From: an uncultured Gammaproteobacteria bacterium | GTDB lineage: Bacteria > Patescibacteriota > Patescibacteriia > UBA9570 | Assembly (NCBI GenBank): GCA_964385285.1 | Contig: CAYLOJ010000007.1 | Span: 1 to 61,462 of the forward strand | DNA: 61,462 bases | Reading direction: 5' to 3' | Program-made: the position numbers and the translations under genes | The notes under the pieces: model-generated | What the model saw: the letters and a program-made list of their open reading frames with translations, nothing else | Told to the model about the DNA's origin: nothing | The model's database searches: none | Shown here: positions 17,879 through 27,347 of the stretch, in pieces | Layout of the letters: each line of letters opens with the position of its first letter | Numbering within the stretch: position 1 is the first letter of the stretch

Positions 17879-19015
17879 CTAACTAAATAATCCGCCGCCG
17901 CTATCTACCGATTCATCATGCAAATTGGCGAGTTCTCTGTAGAGTTTCTTTTCCTGTTTGGATAATTTGGCCGGAGTTTTTACCACGACAGTCACTAACT
18001 GATCACCCCGTTCACTGCGGCCTAAGTGAGGAATACCACGTTCTTTCATGCGGAAGACTTTACCAGATTGCGTACCAGCTGGAATTTTAAGCTCCACTTT
18101 TCCATCTAAGGTTTCCACATCCAAATGTGTACCAAGCGCCGCTTGCGCGAATGAGATCTCTACATCCATAGCCACATCAAACTGTTGACGTTTAAAGATC
18201 TTACTGGGTTTGACGCGCACTCGCACATATAAGTCTCCAGCACTGCCGCCGTAGGGAGCTGTCTCCCCTTCACCATCTAAACGAATCATCTGGTTATCAT
18301 CAATGCCAGCTGGGATTTTGATCTCAAATTTCTTGTTCTGTTTCTTCACGCCAGTGCCAGTGCATTCAGTACATTTCTTTTCTGGAATGGTACCAGCACC
18401 ACGACACTCAGGGCAGACAGCGCGCGTGCGCATCGAACCCAAAATGGTGCGTTGAATTTGTTCAACCGCGCCTTGACCCTTACAGGTAGCACACTGTTTG
18501 GTGGCACTGCCCGGTTCTGCGCCTTCACCTGCACAGTGCGCGCAGGGAGAAGTTTTATAGACTTCAATGTCGCGCTCTACACCAAACACCGCTTCTTTAA
18601 ATTCCAGATCCACTTTCACTTCAATATCCGCTCCGGTCTGACGACGCGGCCGACCCCGACCACCACCGCCGAACAGATCTGAAAACATATCACCAATATC
18701 ACCGAAATCGAAATTGACTCCGCCAAAGCCACCTTGGCCTTGTTGTTGGCGAGCTTGGCGCATCATATCATCCCAATTCATGCCGCCACCGAAGCCACCT
18801 TGTTGGTCAAAATCGGAACCGTATTGATCAAACTGTTTTCGTTTCTCTTCGTTACCCAACACTTGGTATGCCTCATTGATCTCTTTAAACTTGGCTTCAT
18901 TACCTGAAGACTTATCCGGATGGTGCTGGTGCGCTAATTTTCGGAACGCTTTTTTGATCTCATCCTGAGATGCGCCCTTCTCTACTCCTAGTACTTTGTA
19001 ATAATCTTTGGACAT
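17879..19015 (-). CDS. dnaJ: Molecular chaperone DnaJ
   Basis: J domain with HPD, G/F region, and four CxxCxGxG zinc-finger repeats. Confidence 0.95.
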   Translation of the reverse strand: MSKDYYKVLGVEKGASQDEIKKAFRKLAHQHHPDKSSGNEAKFKEINEAYQVLGNEEKRKQFDQYGSDFDQQGGFGGGMNWDDMMRQARQQQGQGGFGGVNFDFGDIGDMFSDLFGGGGRGRPRRQTGADIEVKVDLEFKEAVFGVERDIEVYKTSPCAHCAGEGAEPGSATKQCATCKGQGAVEQIQRTILGSMRTRAVCPECRGAGTIPEKKCTECTGTGVKKQNKKFEIKIPAGIDDNQMIRLDGEGETAPYGGSAGDLYVRVRVKPSKIFKRQQFDVAMDVEISFAQAALGTHLDVETLDGKVELKIPAGTQSGKVFRMKERGIPHLGRSERGDQLVTVVVKTPAKLSKQEKKLYRELANLHDESVDSGGGLFS

Positions 19016-19037
19016 GTTGGATTAGTATACATTATCT

Positions 19038-19631
19038 TCAATTTTTGTCTCCATTTACCTTAAGTTTGTTCTCAACGCTCAGTAACTGTTCAATCCTCAT
19101 TTTACTTTCTGTGGAAAGCACAACGCTGACCTTTTCTAATAGTTCTTTCGCCTGAATTAATTGTAGATCAGCAAATTGCTTTAATGAATATAAAATATTT
19201 TTCTTTTTTTCTAAATTATGTAAAGAGTAAACTTTTGATGTGTCATTGCTAAAGGCAGAATAAAATCCACGAAATGAATAGTAGTCTGAGATATCAAGAA
19301 TGAGCGATTTGTGCTTCATCTTCATTGCATCAGCATTTTGAAGAAAGGTACCGTATACCAGTAAAGATAAATTTTTCAGATCATTCAGAACACTGCTAAA
19401 GTAGAGATCTATATGTTCGGGTATAACTCTATCAGTTTCTTGATGAGTAAAATGCTCGAGTATATTCTTATGATTATATATTTCTAGGCACAATGCAAAA
19501 AGAATGTGATCAAAGTTATTATTTGCATCGCGCTTATAACTTTGATACTGAGAGATGGCATAGACTAATGCGATAACCCCAGCTAGTGCACCGACTATAC
19601 CTGCGATTTGATTGGTTAATTCCATGAACAT
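19038..19631 (-). CDS. AT-rich hypothetical membrane-anchored protein inserted between dnaK and dnaJ
   Basis: ORF track. One N-terminal TM helix. Visibly lower GC than dnaK/dnaJ (22/60 in a hand-counted sample near 19.08 kb). Confidence 0.55.
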   Translation of the reverse strand: MFMELTNQIAGIVGALAGVIALVYAISQYQSYKRDANNNFDHILFALCLEIYNHKNILEHFTHQETDRVIPEHIDLYFSSVLNDLKNLSLLVYGTFLQNADAMKMKHKSLILDISDYYSFRGFYSAFSNDTSKVYSLHNLEKKKNILYSLKQFADLQLIQAKELLEKVSVVLSTESKMRIEQLLSVENKLKVNGDKN

Positions 19632-19636
19632 CTTAC

Positions 19637-19659
19637 CCTCCCCGGGAATTACCCGGGGA
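19637..19659 (-). other. 9-bp GC stem-loop whose 3' arm supplies the SD (GGGGAGGG) of the 19631 ORF
   Basis: CUCCCCGGG-UAAUU-CCCGGGGAG. There is no U-tract, so it is not called a terminator. Confidence 0.5.
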
Positions 19660-19676
19660 GAGATTATTCAATTCAG

Positions 19677-21605
19677 TTAGGCTTTCTTCTCGTCAGCTGG
19701 TTTCTCTTTGAAGTCAGCGTCGACGACATCGCCGTCTTTCTTTTCGGCATCACCGGCTGGTTGAGCACCAGCAGCTCCGGCTTTGGCCTTCTCGGCTTCA
19801 GCAGCCGCTTTGTACGCTAACTCACCAATCTTCTGAGCAGCAGTGGCTAGCTCATCAGAAGCCTTCTTGATCTTCTCGATATCATCACCACCCAAACTGG
19901 CTTTGACATCTTCCATCTTATCCTGAATCGCTTTCAATTCTTCTGGAGGTAATTTATCACCATGTTCCTTCACAGCCTTCTCGGTGGTATAGACCATCGT
20001 CTCTGCTAAGTTCTTGGTTTCGATCACCTCTTTTTTCTTGCGATCTTGTTCAGCATACAGTTCAGCTTCCTTAGCCATCTTCTCAACCTCTTCTTTGGAT
20101 AAACCAGTAGACGCAGTGATGCGAATCGATTGCTCTTTGTTAGTCGCTTTGTCTGTCGCTTTGACATTCAAGATACCATTGGCATCGATATCAAAAGTAA
20201 CTTCTACTTGAGGCATACCGCGTGGGGCTGGTGGTAAACCCGTTAACACGAACTTACCGAGGGATTTATTATCGGCCGCCATTTCACGCTCCCCTTGCAA
20301 CACGTGAATCTCTACTGAAGTTTGGTTGTCTGCAGCCGTACTGAAGATCTGGCTCTTCGAGGTAGGAATGGTGGTGTTGCGAGGAATTAATGGAGTGCGC
20401 ACGCCGCCTAAGGTTTCTAAACCAAGGGTTAATGGAGTAACGTCGAGCAAGAGCACATCTTTCACCTCACCTTGTAACACACCAGCCTGAATCGCAGCAC
20501 CGATGGCTACTACTTCATCTGGGTTCACACCAGCATGAGGTTCTTTACCAAAGAACTCCTTTACTTTCTTGATCACCAATGGCATACGTGTCATTCCACC
20601 CACTAACACGACTTCATGAATATCACCGACAGATAACTTAGCATCCTTTAAAGCCGCTTTCACTGGCTCCATGGATTTGTCGACTAATTCAGCAACGAGC
20701 TCTTCCAATTTGGCACGAGTCATGCGAATGACCAAATGCTTAGGACCAGAGTTCGGATCATTAGCAATGAACGGTTGATTGATCTCGGTTTCCTGAGCGG
20801 AAGACAATTCAATCTTGGCACGTTCTGCAGATTCTTTCAGACGTTGTAACGCAAGCTTATCTCCGGAAAGATCAATTCCTTCTTGTTTGCGGAACTCATC
20901 GATCAACCATTGAATAATACGTTGATCAAAGTCATCACCACCAAGATGCGTATCACCATTGGTTGATTTCACTTCCACGGTATCACTATTCACTTCCAAA
21001 ATTGAGATATCGAAAGTACCACCACCAAGATCATACACCGCAATTTTCTCATCGGCTTTCTTATCAAAACCATAGGCCAAAGCAGCAGCGGTTGGTTCAT
21101 TGATAATCCGTTTCACTTCGAGGCCAGCAATTTTACCAGCATCTTTAGTGGCCTGACGTTGGGCATCATCAAAGTAAGCTGGCACCGTAATCACTGCTTC
21201 GGTAACCGGTTCACCTAATTTAGCTTCCGCATCAGCCTTTAACTTGGCCAGCACCATCGCGGAAATTTCTTGAGGAGTAAATTCTTTACCTCCCATCGCA
21301 ACGCCGACACCTTCACCTTGCGCTTTCACACCGTAAGGCAACATTTTAATATCGCGCTGAACTTGTGCATCCGTAAACCGACGGCCAATTAAACGTTTCA
21401 CCGAGAAAATCGTGTTGTCTGGATTGGTCACCGCTTGGCGCTTAGCAACCTGGCCAATTAAACGATCTCCACTTTTGGATAACGCAATCACCGATGGCGT
21501 AGTGCGATGACCTTCTGCATTTTCTAAGACCTTAGGCTGGCCACCTTCAATGACTGCAACGCAGGAGTTGGTGGTGCCGAGATCAATTCCGATAATTCTT
21601 CCCAT
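19677..21605 (-). CDS. dnaK: Molecular chaperone DnaK (Hsp70)
   Basis: [18 protein letters not shown] and other canonical Hsp70 signatures. Confidence 0.97.
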   Translation of the reverse strand: MGRIIGIDLGTTNSCVAVIEGGQPKVLENAEGHRTTPSVIALSKSGDRLIGQVAKRQAVTNPDNTIFSVKRLIGRRFTDAQVQRDIKMLPYGVKAQGEGVGVAMGGKEFTPQEISAMVLAKLKADAEAKLGEPVTEAVITVPAYFDDAQRQATKDAGKIAGLEVKRIINEPTAAALAYGFDKKADEKIAVYDLGGGTFDISILEVNSDTVEVKSTNGDTHLGGDDFDQRIIQWLIDEFRKQEGIDLSGDKLALQRLKESAERAKIELSSAQETEINQPFIANDPNSGPKHLVIRMTRAKLEELVAELVDKSMEPVKAALKDAKLSVGDIHEVVLVGGMTRMPLVIKKVKEFFGKEPHAGVNPDEVVAIGAAIQAGVLQGEVKDVLLLDVTPLTLGLETLGGVRTPLIPRNTTIPTSKSQIFSTAADNQTSVEIHVLQGEREMAADNKSLGKFVLTGLPPAPRGMPQVEVTFDIDANGILNVKATDKATNKEQSIRITASTGLSKEEVEKMAKEAELYAEQDRKKKEVIETKNLAETMVYTTEKAVKEHGDKLPPEELKAIQDKMEDVKASLGGDDIEKIKKASDELATAAQKIGELAYKAAAEAEKAKAGAAGAQPAGDAEKKDGDVVDADFKEKPADEKKA

Positions 21606-21632
21606 ATATGTATTTGTACTTATTGTCTAGAG

Positions 21633-22058
21633 TTATTTAGTAGAAACCTTGATAGTTTTCTTGGTGGCGGCAGCGGCTTTGGGAATACTCACTGTGAGCA
21701 GACCATTCTGATATTGTGCATCGGCTTTATCACCATCCACAGCACAAGGCAATGGGACAGCGCGGTGAAAGGAGCCGTAGCGTACCTCTTTGCGGTAATA
21801 GTTCTTCTCATCGACTTCCGATGTTTTTTCACTGGAGCCTTCGATCGAGAGCACATCATTCTCGATGGCGATCTTCAGATTTTCTGGGTTAATCCCTGGT
21901 AAGGGAGTTTCGACCACCACTTGGTTGCCTTTTTCATAGACATCAACCGCTGGAGAAAAATTACCAGCCATTAATTTGTTACCCGCAAAGTCCTCAAACA
22001 TATCATTAAAATCTTGGAACATTGGGGGCATCATTGGAGACCATTTTACTAGACGCAT
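21633..22058 (-). CDS. Hsp20/alpha-crystallin small heat-shock protein
   Basis: Alpha-crystallin domain (...YRKEVRYGSFHRAVPLP...NGLLTVSIPK). Confidence 0.9.
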   Translation of the reverse strand: MRLVKWSPMMPPMFQDFNDMFEDFAGNKLMAGNFSPAVDVYEKGNQVVVETPLPGINPENLKIAIENDVLSIEGSSEKTSEVDEKNYYRKEVRYGSFHRAVPLPCAVDGDKADAQYQNGLLTVSIPKAAAATKKTIKVSTK

Positions 22059-22079
22059 ATGTGTATGGATTAATTAATA

Positions 22080-22640
22080 TTATTGTTTAGGTTTAGAGAC
22101 GATCACTTTGGCATGGCGGATCACTTTGCCATGAAGAGTGAAGCCGGCTTGAGATTCTTTCACCACCAGTTGTTCGGCACCTTCGGACTCTTCTTCCCCT
22201 ACTGCTTCATGGAGATGTGGGTCAAACGGTTTCCCTACTACTTCCATCCGGTCAACATCATTCTGTTTCAGAATCTGCATGAGATAACTTTGAATATGCT
22301 TTACGCCTTGAATCCACGGCTGAGCTTGTTGCTCGGCAGGGATGGCTTTGAAGGCGCTATCGAAATAATCGACTAATGGACAAAGATCTTGCAGTAACTG
22401 TTCAGTGGCGTATTTGCGCATGTCGGAGATTCTTTGTTCTGACTCTTTCTGCAAGTTCCGATAGTCAGCCGTGGCACGCACAGCAAGATTCTTATACTCG
22501 ACAATTTTTTCTAAAAGAGCGGTCTCGGTTTCTGGAGTTTCTGGATTTACGGCATCGTCTGATCCTTGTTCATCCGTAGCCATCTCATCCAGATTCGGGG
22601 GTTGTTTTGGTGGTTCGTCGTTATGCATATTATTGTTCAT
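22080..22640 (-). CDS. grpE: Nucleotide exchange factor GrpE
   Basis: GrpE C-terminal signature (FDPHLHEAV...VIRHAKV) and position in the operon. Confidence 0.9.
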   Translation of the reverse strand: MNNNMHNDEPPKQPPNLDEMATDEQGSDDAVNPETPETETALLEKIVEYKNLAVRATADYRNLQKESEQRISDMRKYATEQLLQDLCPLVDYFDSAFKAIPAEQQAQPWIQGVKHIQSYLMQILKQNDVDRMEVVGKPFDPHLHEAVGEEESEGAEQLVVKESQAGFTLHGKVIRHAKVIVSKPKQ

Positions 22641-23355
22641 AGCTATTAAATAGAGATTTTGTATATTTGAGCAGCTCGTAGTTGTACTGATAGTTCATCC
22701 GCATCGGACCGAGTAGCGCGACCGTTCCGCCCACCTCTTTACCGATTCGGTATGGGGTGACGAGCGTACTACAGTAGCCGCTCACCGGATTATCACTCCC
22801 CACTAGGAAGGTGACATCATCATCGGGTTCAGCGCTGTGTAACTTCATCATCACCTCATCGAGTTGATCAAACAATTTCGAAAACCCGACTAGCTCATTA
22901 ATATTCTGAAATTCCGGTTTGCTAAATAAATTAGAGACACCGGTATAAAAGAAACTATGGCTATTCAGGCTTAATAAAATTGCCTCGTTCGATTTTGCCG
23001 CTACACCTTTCATGACATTCTTCACAATTCCCTCAGCACCTTGATCGGTGACGATTTGAGTTAACTGGAAGAGATCATCTTGGCTAGTGGCGTCGAGCTC
23101 AGCTTTTGGGTTTAAAAAGTGCTCTAGAAAATAGCGATAGCCTAATTCCGTTGGAATACGTCCAGCCGAGGTATGGGGCTGGGCAATATAACCATCGTCT
23201 TCAAGCTCTTTCATCTCATTGCGAATGGTGGCAGACGAGAGGTCTAACCCCAACTGTTCTACCAAAAATTTCGATCCTACGGGCTTGGCCTGAGCCACGT
23301 ATTCATCGATAATTCCCCGTAAAAGGGCTTGTTTTCGGTCAGACAGGTGTTCCAT
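22630..23355 (-). CDS. hrcA: Heat-inducible transcription repressor HrcA (short form)
   Basis: N-terminal winged helix (SSATIRNEMKELEDDGYI). Sits directly downstream of CIRCE. One of the few native genes with a strong SD (AAGGAGG). Confidence 0.85.
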   Translation of the reverse strand: MEHLSDRKQALLRGIIDEYVAQAKPVGSKFLVEQLGLDLSSATIRNEMKELEDDGYIAQPHTSAGRIPTELGYRYFLEHFLNPKAELDATSQDDLFQLTQIVTDQGAEGIVKNVMKGVAAKSNEAILLSLNSHSFFYTGVSNLFSKPEFQNINELVGFSKLFDQLDEVMMKLHSAEPDDDVTFLVGSDNPVSGYCSTLVTPYRIGKEVGGTVALLGPMRMNYQYNYELLKYTKSLFNSYEQ

Positions 23356-23374
23356 GCCTCCTTATCTTAGAAAA

Positions 23375-23401
23375 TTAGCACTCTCGTGTCAAGAGTGCTA
23401 A
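23375..23401. promoter_or_regulatory. CIRCE operator (HrcA binding site)
   Basis: Perfect TTAGCACTC-N9-GAGTGCTAA inverted repeat. Confidence 0.95.
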
Positions 23402-23437
23402 ATCCGGCAATCCTGAATCATGCTATACTGTAGCCCT

Positions 23438-24505
23438 ATGATCAATAAAACCCTCTTCTCTACCCTGGCCGCTAGCTCTGCTGTGTGGCTAGCCTTAACC
23501 AGCAGTGCTTTAGCAGCACCCATTACCACCGATGCCGTTGTGGTTGGCAATGCCGCCCGCGAATTCGATGGTCGTAGCGTGAATCGCTACAGTAAAGGTA
23601 CAGTCACCGTCTATTCCGATGATCGGGAAAATCCTGAAGTATTATTGAGCTTCGTGGCCTATGAAAAGAAGATCGGCGTACAAGTTGCGACCGGTGACGT
23701 GGATGGTGATGGCGAACTAGATATCGTTACTCTCCCCTTTAAATCTCAAGATGCTCCTAAAGTGAAGGTATTTGATCTAGAAGGTCAGTTAAAATATAGC
23801 TTCACTATCCCATCGGGTGCGAATCGATTATCGCGTTACACGTTAAGTGTCGGCGAAATGACCGGTGACGACCAAGATGAGATCGTGCTGGCTAATGCTT
23901 CCCGTCGCGGTATGTTAATGGATGTCTTAGCATTGGATGCTGAAGGTAACGTTTCTCGTTTAGCACATTACGATGATCCTGATTACAATGATTACAGTCG
24001 TGGTGTTTGGGTAGATGTTGCCAATGTGAACCGTTATGATGAACAGCAAGAAATTATCACCGCCCCAATTATTGGCCAACCGATCGTTGATCTATGGTCG
24101 TTAAATGATGGCGAGATTAGCCATGTAGTCCAATTTGATGAACTGGTGGATACTACATCAGATTATAATGGTGGTTTACATATCTCTGGCTATAAAGGCT
24201 ATGTGGCAGCCGCAGAACATTCAGATACTGGCACAGGTTACTTATTGAAGTGGGTGGAAGCAAAAGGCAATTTGAATGAAGTCTCGAATGTGAATTGGGA
24301 GTTAGGTAAAATTGGTGATATTGCTTACAATGGCCAAGGCTACGTAGCTTCTGATTTCACAAGTGATACTGTACGTCACTATAATGGACAGTACGAAGAA
24401 AACTACACCATTACTGGTAATCGTCCTGGAACGTTCGTTGACTTCCTCTACTTCCCTACGGAGGAGACTGATGAAGATAACGGTTATGTCGGTTCAAATT
24501 ACTAA
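23438..24505 (+). CDS. Secreted FG-GAP/VCBS-repeat protein
   Basis: Signal peptide MINKTLFSTLAASSAVWLALTSSALA. GDVDGDGELD-type repeats. Start placed after the TATACT -10 box at 23424-23429. Confidence 0.7.
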   Translation: MINKTLFSTLAASSAVWLALTSSALAAPITTDAVVVGNAAREFDGRSVNRYSKGTVTVYSDDRENPEVLLSFVAYEKKIGVQVATGDVDGDGELDIVTLPFKSQDAPKVKVFDLEGQLKYSFTIPSGANRLSRYTLSVGEMTGDDQDEIVLANASRRGMLMDVLALDAEGNVSRLAHYDDPDYNDYSRGVWVDVANVNRYDEQQEIITAPIIGQPIVDLWSLNDGEISHVVQFDELVDTTSDYNGGLHISGYKGYVAAAEHSDTGTGYLLKWVEAKGNLNEVSNVNWELGKIGDIAYNGQGYVASDFTSDTVRHYNGQYEENYTITGNRPGTFVDFLYFPTEETDEDNGYVGSNY

Positions 24506-24518
24506 ATAACAACAAGAC

Positions 24519-24550
24519 AAAAAAATCCCCGCACGTGCGGGGATTTTTTA
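24519..24550. terminator. Bidirectional rho-independent terminator
   Basis: AUCCCCGCACGUGCGGGGAU hairpin flanked by A- and T-runs between convergent genes. Confidence 0.85.
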
Positions 24551-24564
24551 AATACAAACACTTG

Positions 24565-25068
24565 TTAATCTGCCGCCGCAACCACAGTCACCTTAATCGG
24601 AGTGGATTTTACCGGTGTGGCCAGATCAGAGTGATCATTATTTTGCAACGATACCATCACTTCATGTTCGCCGACTGCTAAATCGGTAACACGTACATTG
24701 TCTTCTGTACCGGCGGCATAGTACTCTCCATCAATCCAGAGATGGTAATGACCGTGTCCTGCGACGTTGGCTCCTTCCACTTCATCTGGAGCTAATTCTA
24801 ATCCAGCAATTTCTACCGCTACATCAAATTGTGGCTCAACCGTTTCCCCATCATCAGGTGAGACGATCGTAATACTAGCAGCCGTGTTGGTAGCGACCGC
24901 ATTCGTATTCGTCACCGTATTACTATTATCGACAGGAACTGTAGTGGTATTCAGATTGGCGGTCGCAGTATCGGCATTTGTAGACATGCAACCAGCGCCA
25001 GTGACTAATAAAGTCGTCACTGCCAAGCTGGCTAAGCCCATCCATGGTTTACTGAAATAATGATGCAT
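24565..25068 (-). CDS. Lipoprotein, DUF4399-like
   Basis: Lipobox VTGAGC. The GHGHYHLWIDG motif is typical of DUF4399. Confidence 0.6.
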   Translation of the reverse strand: MHHYFSKPWMGLASLAVTTLLVTGAGCMSTNADTATANLNTTTVPVDNSNTVTNTNAVATNTAASITIVSPDDGETVEPQFDVAVEIAGLELAPDEVEGANVAGHGHYHLWIDGEYYAAGTEDNVRVTDLAVGEHEVMVSLQNNDHSDLATPVKSTPIKVTVVAAAD

Positions 25069-25158
25069 AATTGATGTACGTTAATGTTGAACATCCATCA
25101 GTATAGCAAGCTTTCGCACTTCTAGGGACTAACAATCGGTTAATCCGTACAAGGACGT

Positions 25159-25205
25159 GGGAGAGGATGCAGCCGAAGCTACTTCCTCATCCCTGGTTCC
25201 TCCAG
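25159..25205 (-). other. Radical-SAM cassette 3' module: UGGAGGAA plus a UUCG-tetraloop hairpin
   Basis: GGAGGAA at about 25197-25204. GGGAUGAGGAAGUAGC-UUCG-GCUGCAUCCUCUCCC at 25159-25193. Confidence 0.5.
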
Positions 25206-25230
25206 CTCTACTGGTTTGTCTGGTTCATCA

Positions 25231-26358
25231 TCAGCGGGTCAGGATCTTGGCCTGAACATCGCGATCAACGACGAACCCACGTTCGTCACCGTCGCAACCG
25301 ATGCCACCCCAACAGGCATACACCTGCTCGCGGAGCACCGCCAGACGGAACTCTTCGATCTTCTCGAAGTCCCACTCGATGTGGTAATCGTTGCCGACCT
25401 TGATCACCCGACCGAGCGGCGGATCCCATCGATCGACGCAGCCGACGATCCGCAACTCCTCCCCCACCTTGATGAGGGCGAATAGACGAAAGCCGGCCCG
25501 ACACCACTGCGTGCGGTTCGGCACGTGCCACTCCGGAGAGAGCCACGGGAGGACCTGTTCGATCCCCGCGTCCCCGACATCCTCGGACATTCCGAAATAC
25601 AGCGGGGTATGCTGGAAGCTCGCACAGAGCTCCGCGAGGTAGCCGTAGAAGCGGACGATGTCGTCACGCTCCAGCTCGTAGCTGGTCAGCTTCGGATCGC
25701 GCCGGAAATTGGCCAACGCGTTGAAGCGGCACACATCTACACCGTTGTTGAGGCAAAACTCAGCCATCTTCTGCAGGTTTTCACGCGTCAGGTTCCGCTT
25801 GTGGAACGTGAAGGTGAGAATGATCTGCAGTTGATGTCCGGTCCGTGCCCGCCAGGCGCAGATGTTCTCAACGGCCGTGCGAATGACACGACCCGGGGTG
25901 ACGCCACGGAACACGATCGGCGTGTCCGCGGCGTCGTGCGCCGTGATCGTGATCGCACGGTAGCCGAGCTGCCAGCCACGATCGAGACGATCCTCCCAGC
26001 CGGGCTGAGTGAGGATGCGACCCGCGGACCAGGCCGCAAAGCCGTTCTCCTCCACCCGGAAGGCGGAGCCACCCTCATCCGCCAGCAACGCTTCATCGGC
26101 GAAGCTATCGGCGAGGATGTACGAGATGTCGTACCCCTGCCGGTGCAGCGAGTGAACAATCTGCATCGCCTCTTTCCGCGGCACCTCGTACGGCGCCTCG
26201 TTGAAGAAGTAACAGTGCTCACAAGCGGCCTGACAGGTCTTCTTCCCCACCGTGTTCGCGGCGTGGAAGTAGATGGTGATGTCCTGCGGGCGCAACTGCC
26301 CGAACGGGACGTTAAAGTCGACCGGCGGGAAGCAGCGCAGAGTCTTTAGAGCCATCAT
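25231..26358 (-). CDS. GC-rich radical SAM enzyme (subfamily unassigned)
   Basis: CQAACEHCY is the CX3CX2C motif followed by an aromatic residue. About 63% GC in a hand-counted sample. SD CUGGAGG. Antisense and alternative-frame ORFs are judged spurious. Confidence 0.75.
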   Translation of the reverse strand: MMALKTLRCFPPVDFNVPFGQLRPQDITIYFHAANTVGKKTCQAACEHCYFFNEAPYEVPRKEAMQIVHSLHRQGYDISYILADSFADEALLADEGGSAFRVEENGFAAWSAGRILTQPGWEDRLDRGWQLGYRAITITAHDAADTPIVFRGVTPGRVIRTAVENICAWRARTGHQLQIILTFTFHKRNLTRENLQKMAEFCLNNGVDVCRFNALANFRRDPKLTSYELERDDIVRFYGYLAELCASFQHTPLYFGMSEDVGDAGIEQVLPWLSPEWHVPNRTQWCRAGFRLFALIKVGEELRIVGCVDRWDPPLGRVIKVGNDYHIEWDFEKIEEFRLAVLREQVYACWGGIGCDGDERGFVVDRDVQAKILTR

Positions 26359-26507
26359 GTGGCCTCCAGATCTAGAGTTTCGAGATGAAAAGAGCTGACA
26401 GTAGAGACCTCCGGTGAAGCGAACTTCACCAGAGATTACTACTAACGTATTAGCACGTTAATACTCCGAAGAACGCACAATAAACCATTCTTGTTCGATG
26501 TTGTCAA
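26359..26507 (-). promoter_or_regulatory. Promoter plus ~115-nt structured 5' leader of the radical SAM gene
   Basis: TTGACA (26502-26507), 17 nt, TTTATT (26479-26484). The leader holds GGUGAAG-UUCG-CUUCACC (26413-26430) and a UAACGU/ACGUUA hairpin. Confidence 0.45.
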
Positions 26508-26559
26508 TAGTTGGAGATTTGGACATAAGAGTTGGAAGATAGATTTGAAATTAAGCTGC

Positions 26560-26700
26560 AAAAAATCCGCCAAGCGGCGGACGAAACGGGTAATGCTATT
26601 TGAGCTCGACTCAAACACCATCACCCACCCTATGGTGGTGACTATTCATATAGTTAGTGGAGAGATAGCGGGAATTCATATTCAAGTGTTTTAACGTATT
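26560..26700 (-). ncRNA. Candidate ~140-nt small transcript S1 (or mRNA for a 22-aa micro-ORF)
   Basis: Own promoter: TTGACA at 26730-26735, 17 nt, TATCTT. Terminator CCGCC-GCUU-GGCGG plus U6 at about 26560-26581. Contains ORF 26611..26679, MNSRYLSTNYMNSHHHRVGDGV, with no SD. Confidence 0.35.
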
Positions 26701-26802
26701 AAAACAAAGATACATCGGTTCCACTCCCCTGTCAATCTAGTTTTCCACAAGAACTGCTGGAAATAGAAGTGCCCCGATACAATGCGTCGGGGCAGCGCTG
26801 CA

Positions 26803-27042
26803 TCAGCAGGGATCGCGGAACTGCGTCCGTTCCACCGCGGGATAAGCCGCGATGTCCTGGTCGTAGTTCTGCATGAGGCGGAGAGCCAGGCCGCGAGCGT
26901 TCTGCTCGAGCCTGGCCAACCGCTTCGCCTTGCTGGTAGCCTTGATCTGCCGAAGCAGCTCAAGGTATTCACGCCACAGATCCGCAGGCGGCGGGGGCGG
27001 GGGCGGGGGCTTCCAACTCGCTACTGGACCGGTGCTAGGCAT
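26803..27042 (-). CDS. GC-rich 79-aa protein with a Pro8 tract and helical C-terminus
   Basis: ORF track. Strong SD AGGAGGAACCG before the ATG. Followed by a GCCCCGA/UCGGGGC hairpin. Confidence 0.55.
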   Translation of the reverse strand: MPSTGPVASWKPPPPPPPPADLWREYLELLRQIKATSKAKRLARLEQNARGLALRLMQNYDQDIAAYPAVERTQFRDPC

Positions 27043-27079
27043 CGGTTCCTCCTAAGAAAACGGGTGAAATCGCGACACC

Positions 27080-27121
27080 ACGCTAGCGCTACTTGACGCT
27101 TTTGTCAAGGCATATTAGAGT
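27080..27121. promoter_or_regulatory. Overlapping divergent promoters built on the palindrome CTTGAC-N6-GTCAAG
   Basis: Minus strand: TTGACA (27103-27108), 17 nt, TAGCGT. Plus strand: TTGACG (27093-27098), 17 nt, TAGAGT (27116-27121). Confidence 0.4.
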
Positions 27122-27198
27122 GTTCGCATGATTTTTGCAGGACTACTCTTAACCACTACCATTACCACAACACGGACATAACGTGGGTAGTTTGTTTA

Positions 27199-27235
27199 TA
27201 AAAAAACGATCGCCCACACAGGGCGATATTTTTTT
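27199..27235. terminator. Bidirectional rho-independent terminator
   Basis: AUCGCCC-ACACA-GGGCGAU hairpin (27209-27227) flanked by A8 and T7. Confidence 0.75.
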
Positions 27236-27347
27236 GCAGACTTCGTATCACCTACTAAAGACTCACATCAACTGCGCTGATTGTCCTGCGGGAGGGATTC
27301 CACTCTCCCCCAGAACCTGTCACGCGTAGTGACTGGAGGACGAGACA

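Noticed and set aside
19637-19659. Stem-loop after dnaK as a rho-independent terminator
   Set aside because: No U-tract follows it. The 3' arm doubles as the SD of the next ORF.
25525-26349. Long antisense or alternative-frame ORFs inside GC-rich patches (1771..2103, 11699..12415, 15163..15606, 25525..26349, 25788..26222, 32369..32851, 37568..38044, 38727..39254, 38735..39091 and similar)
   Set aside because: They are Arg/Pro/Ser/Ala/Gly-rich with low-complexity products, lack an SD, and lack the GC3 bias of the chosen frames. This is the typical shadow-ORF artefact of high-GC DNA.
26985-27011. G5-C-G5-C-G5 run as a G-quadruplex or simple-sequence repeat
   Set aside because: It is the antisense of the Pro8-coding CCC/CCG tract of the 79-aa ORF. 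There are only three long G-runs, and nothing indicates a separate function.
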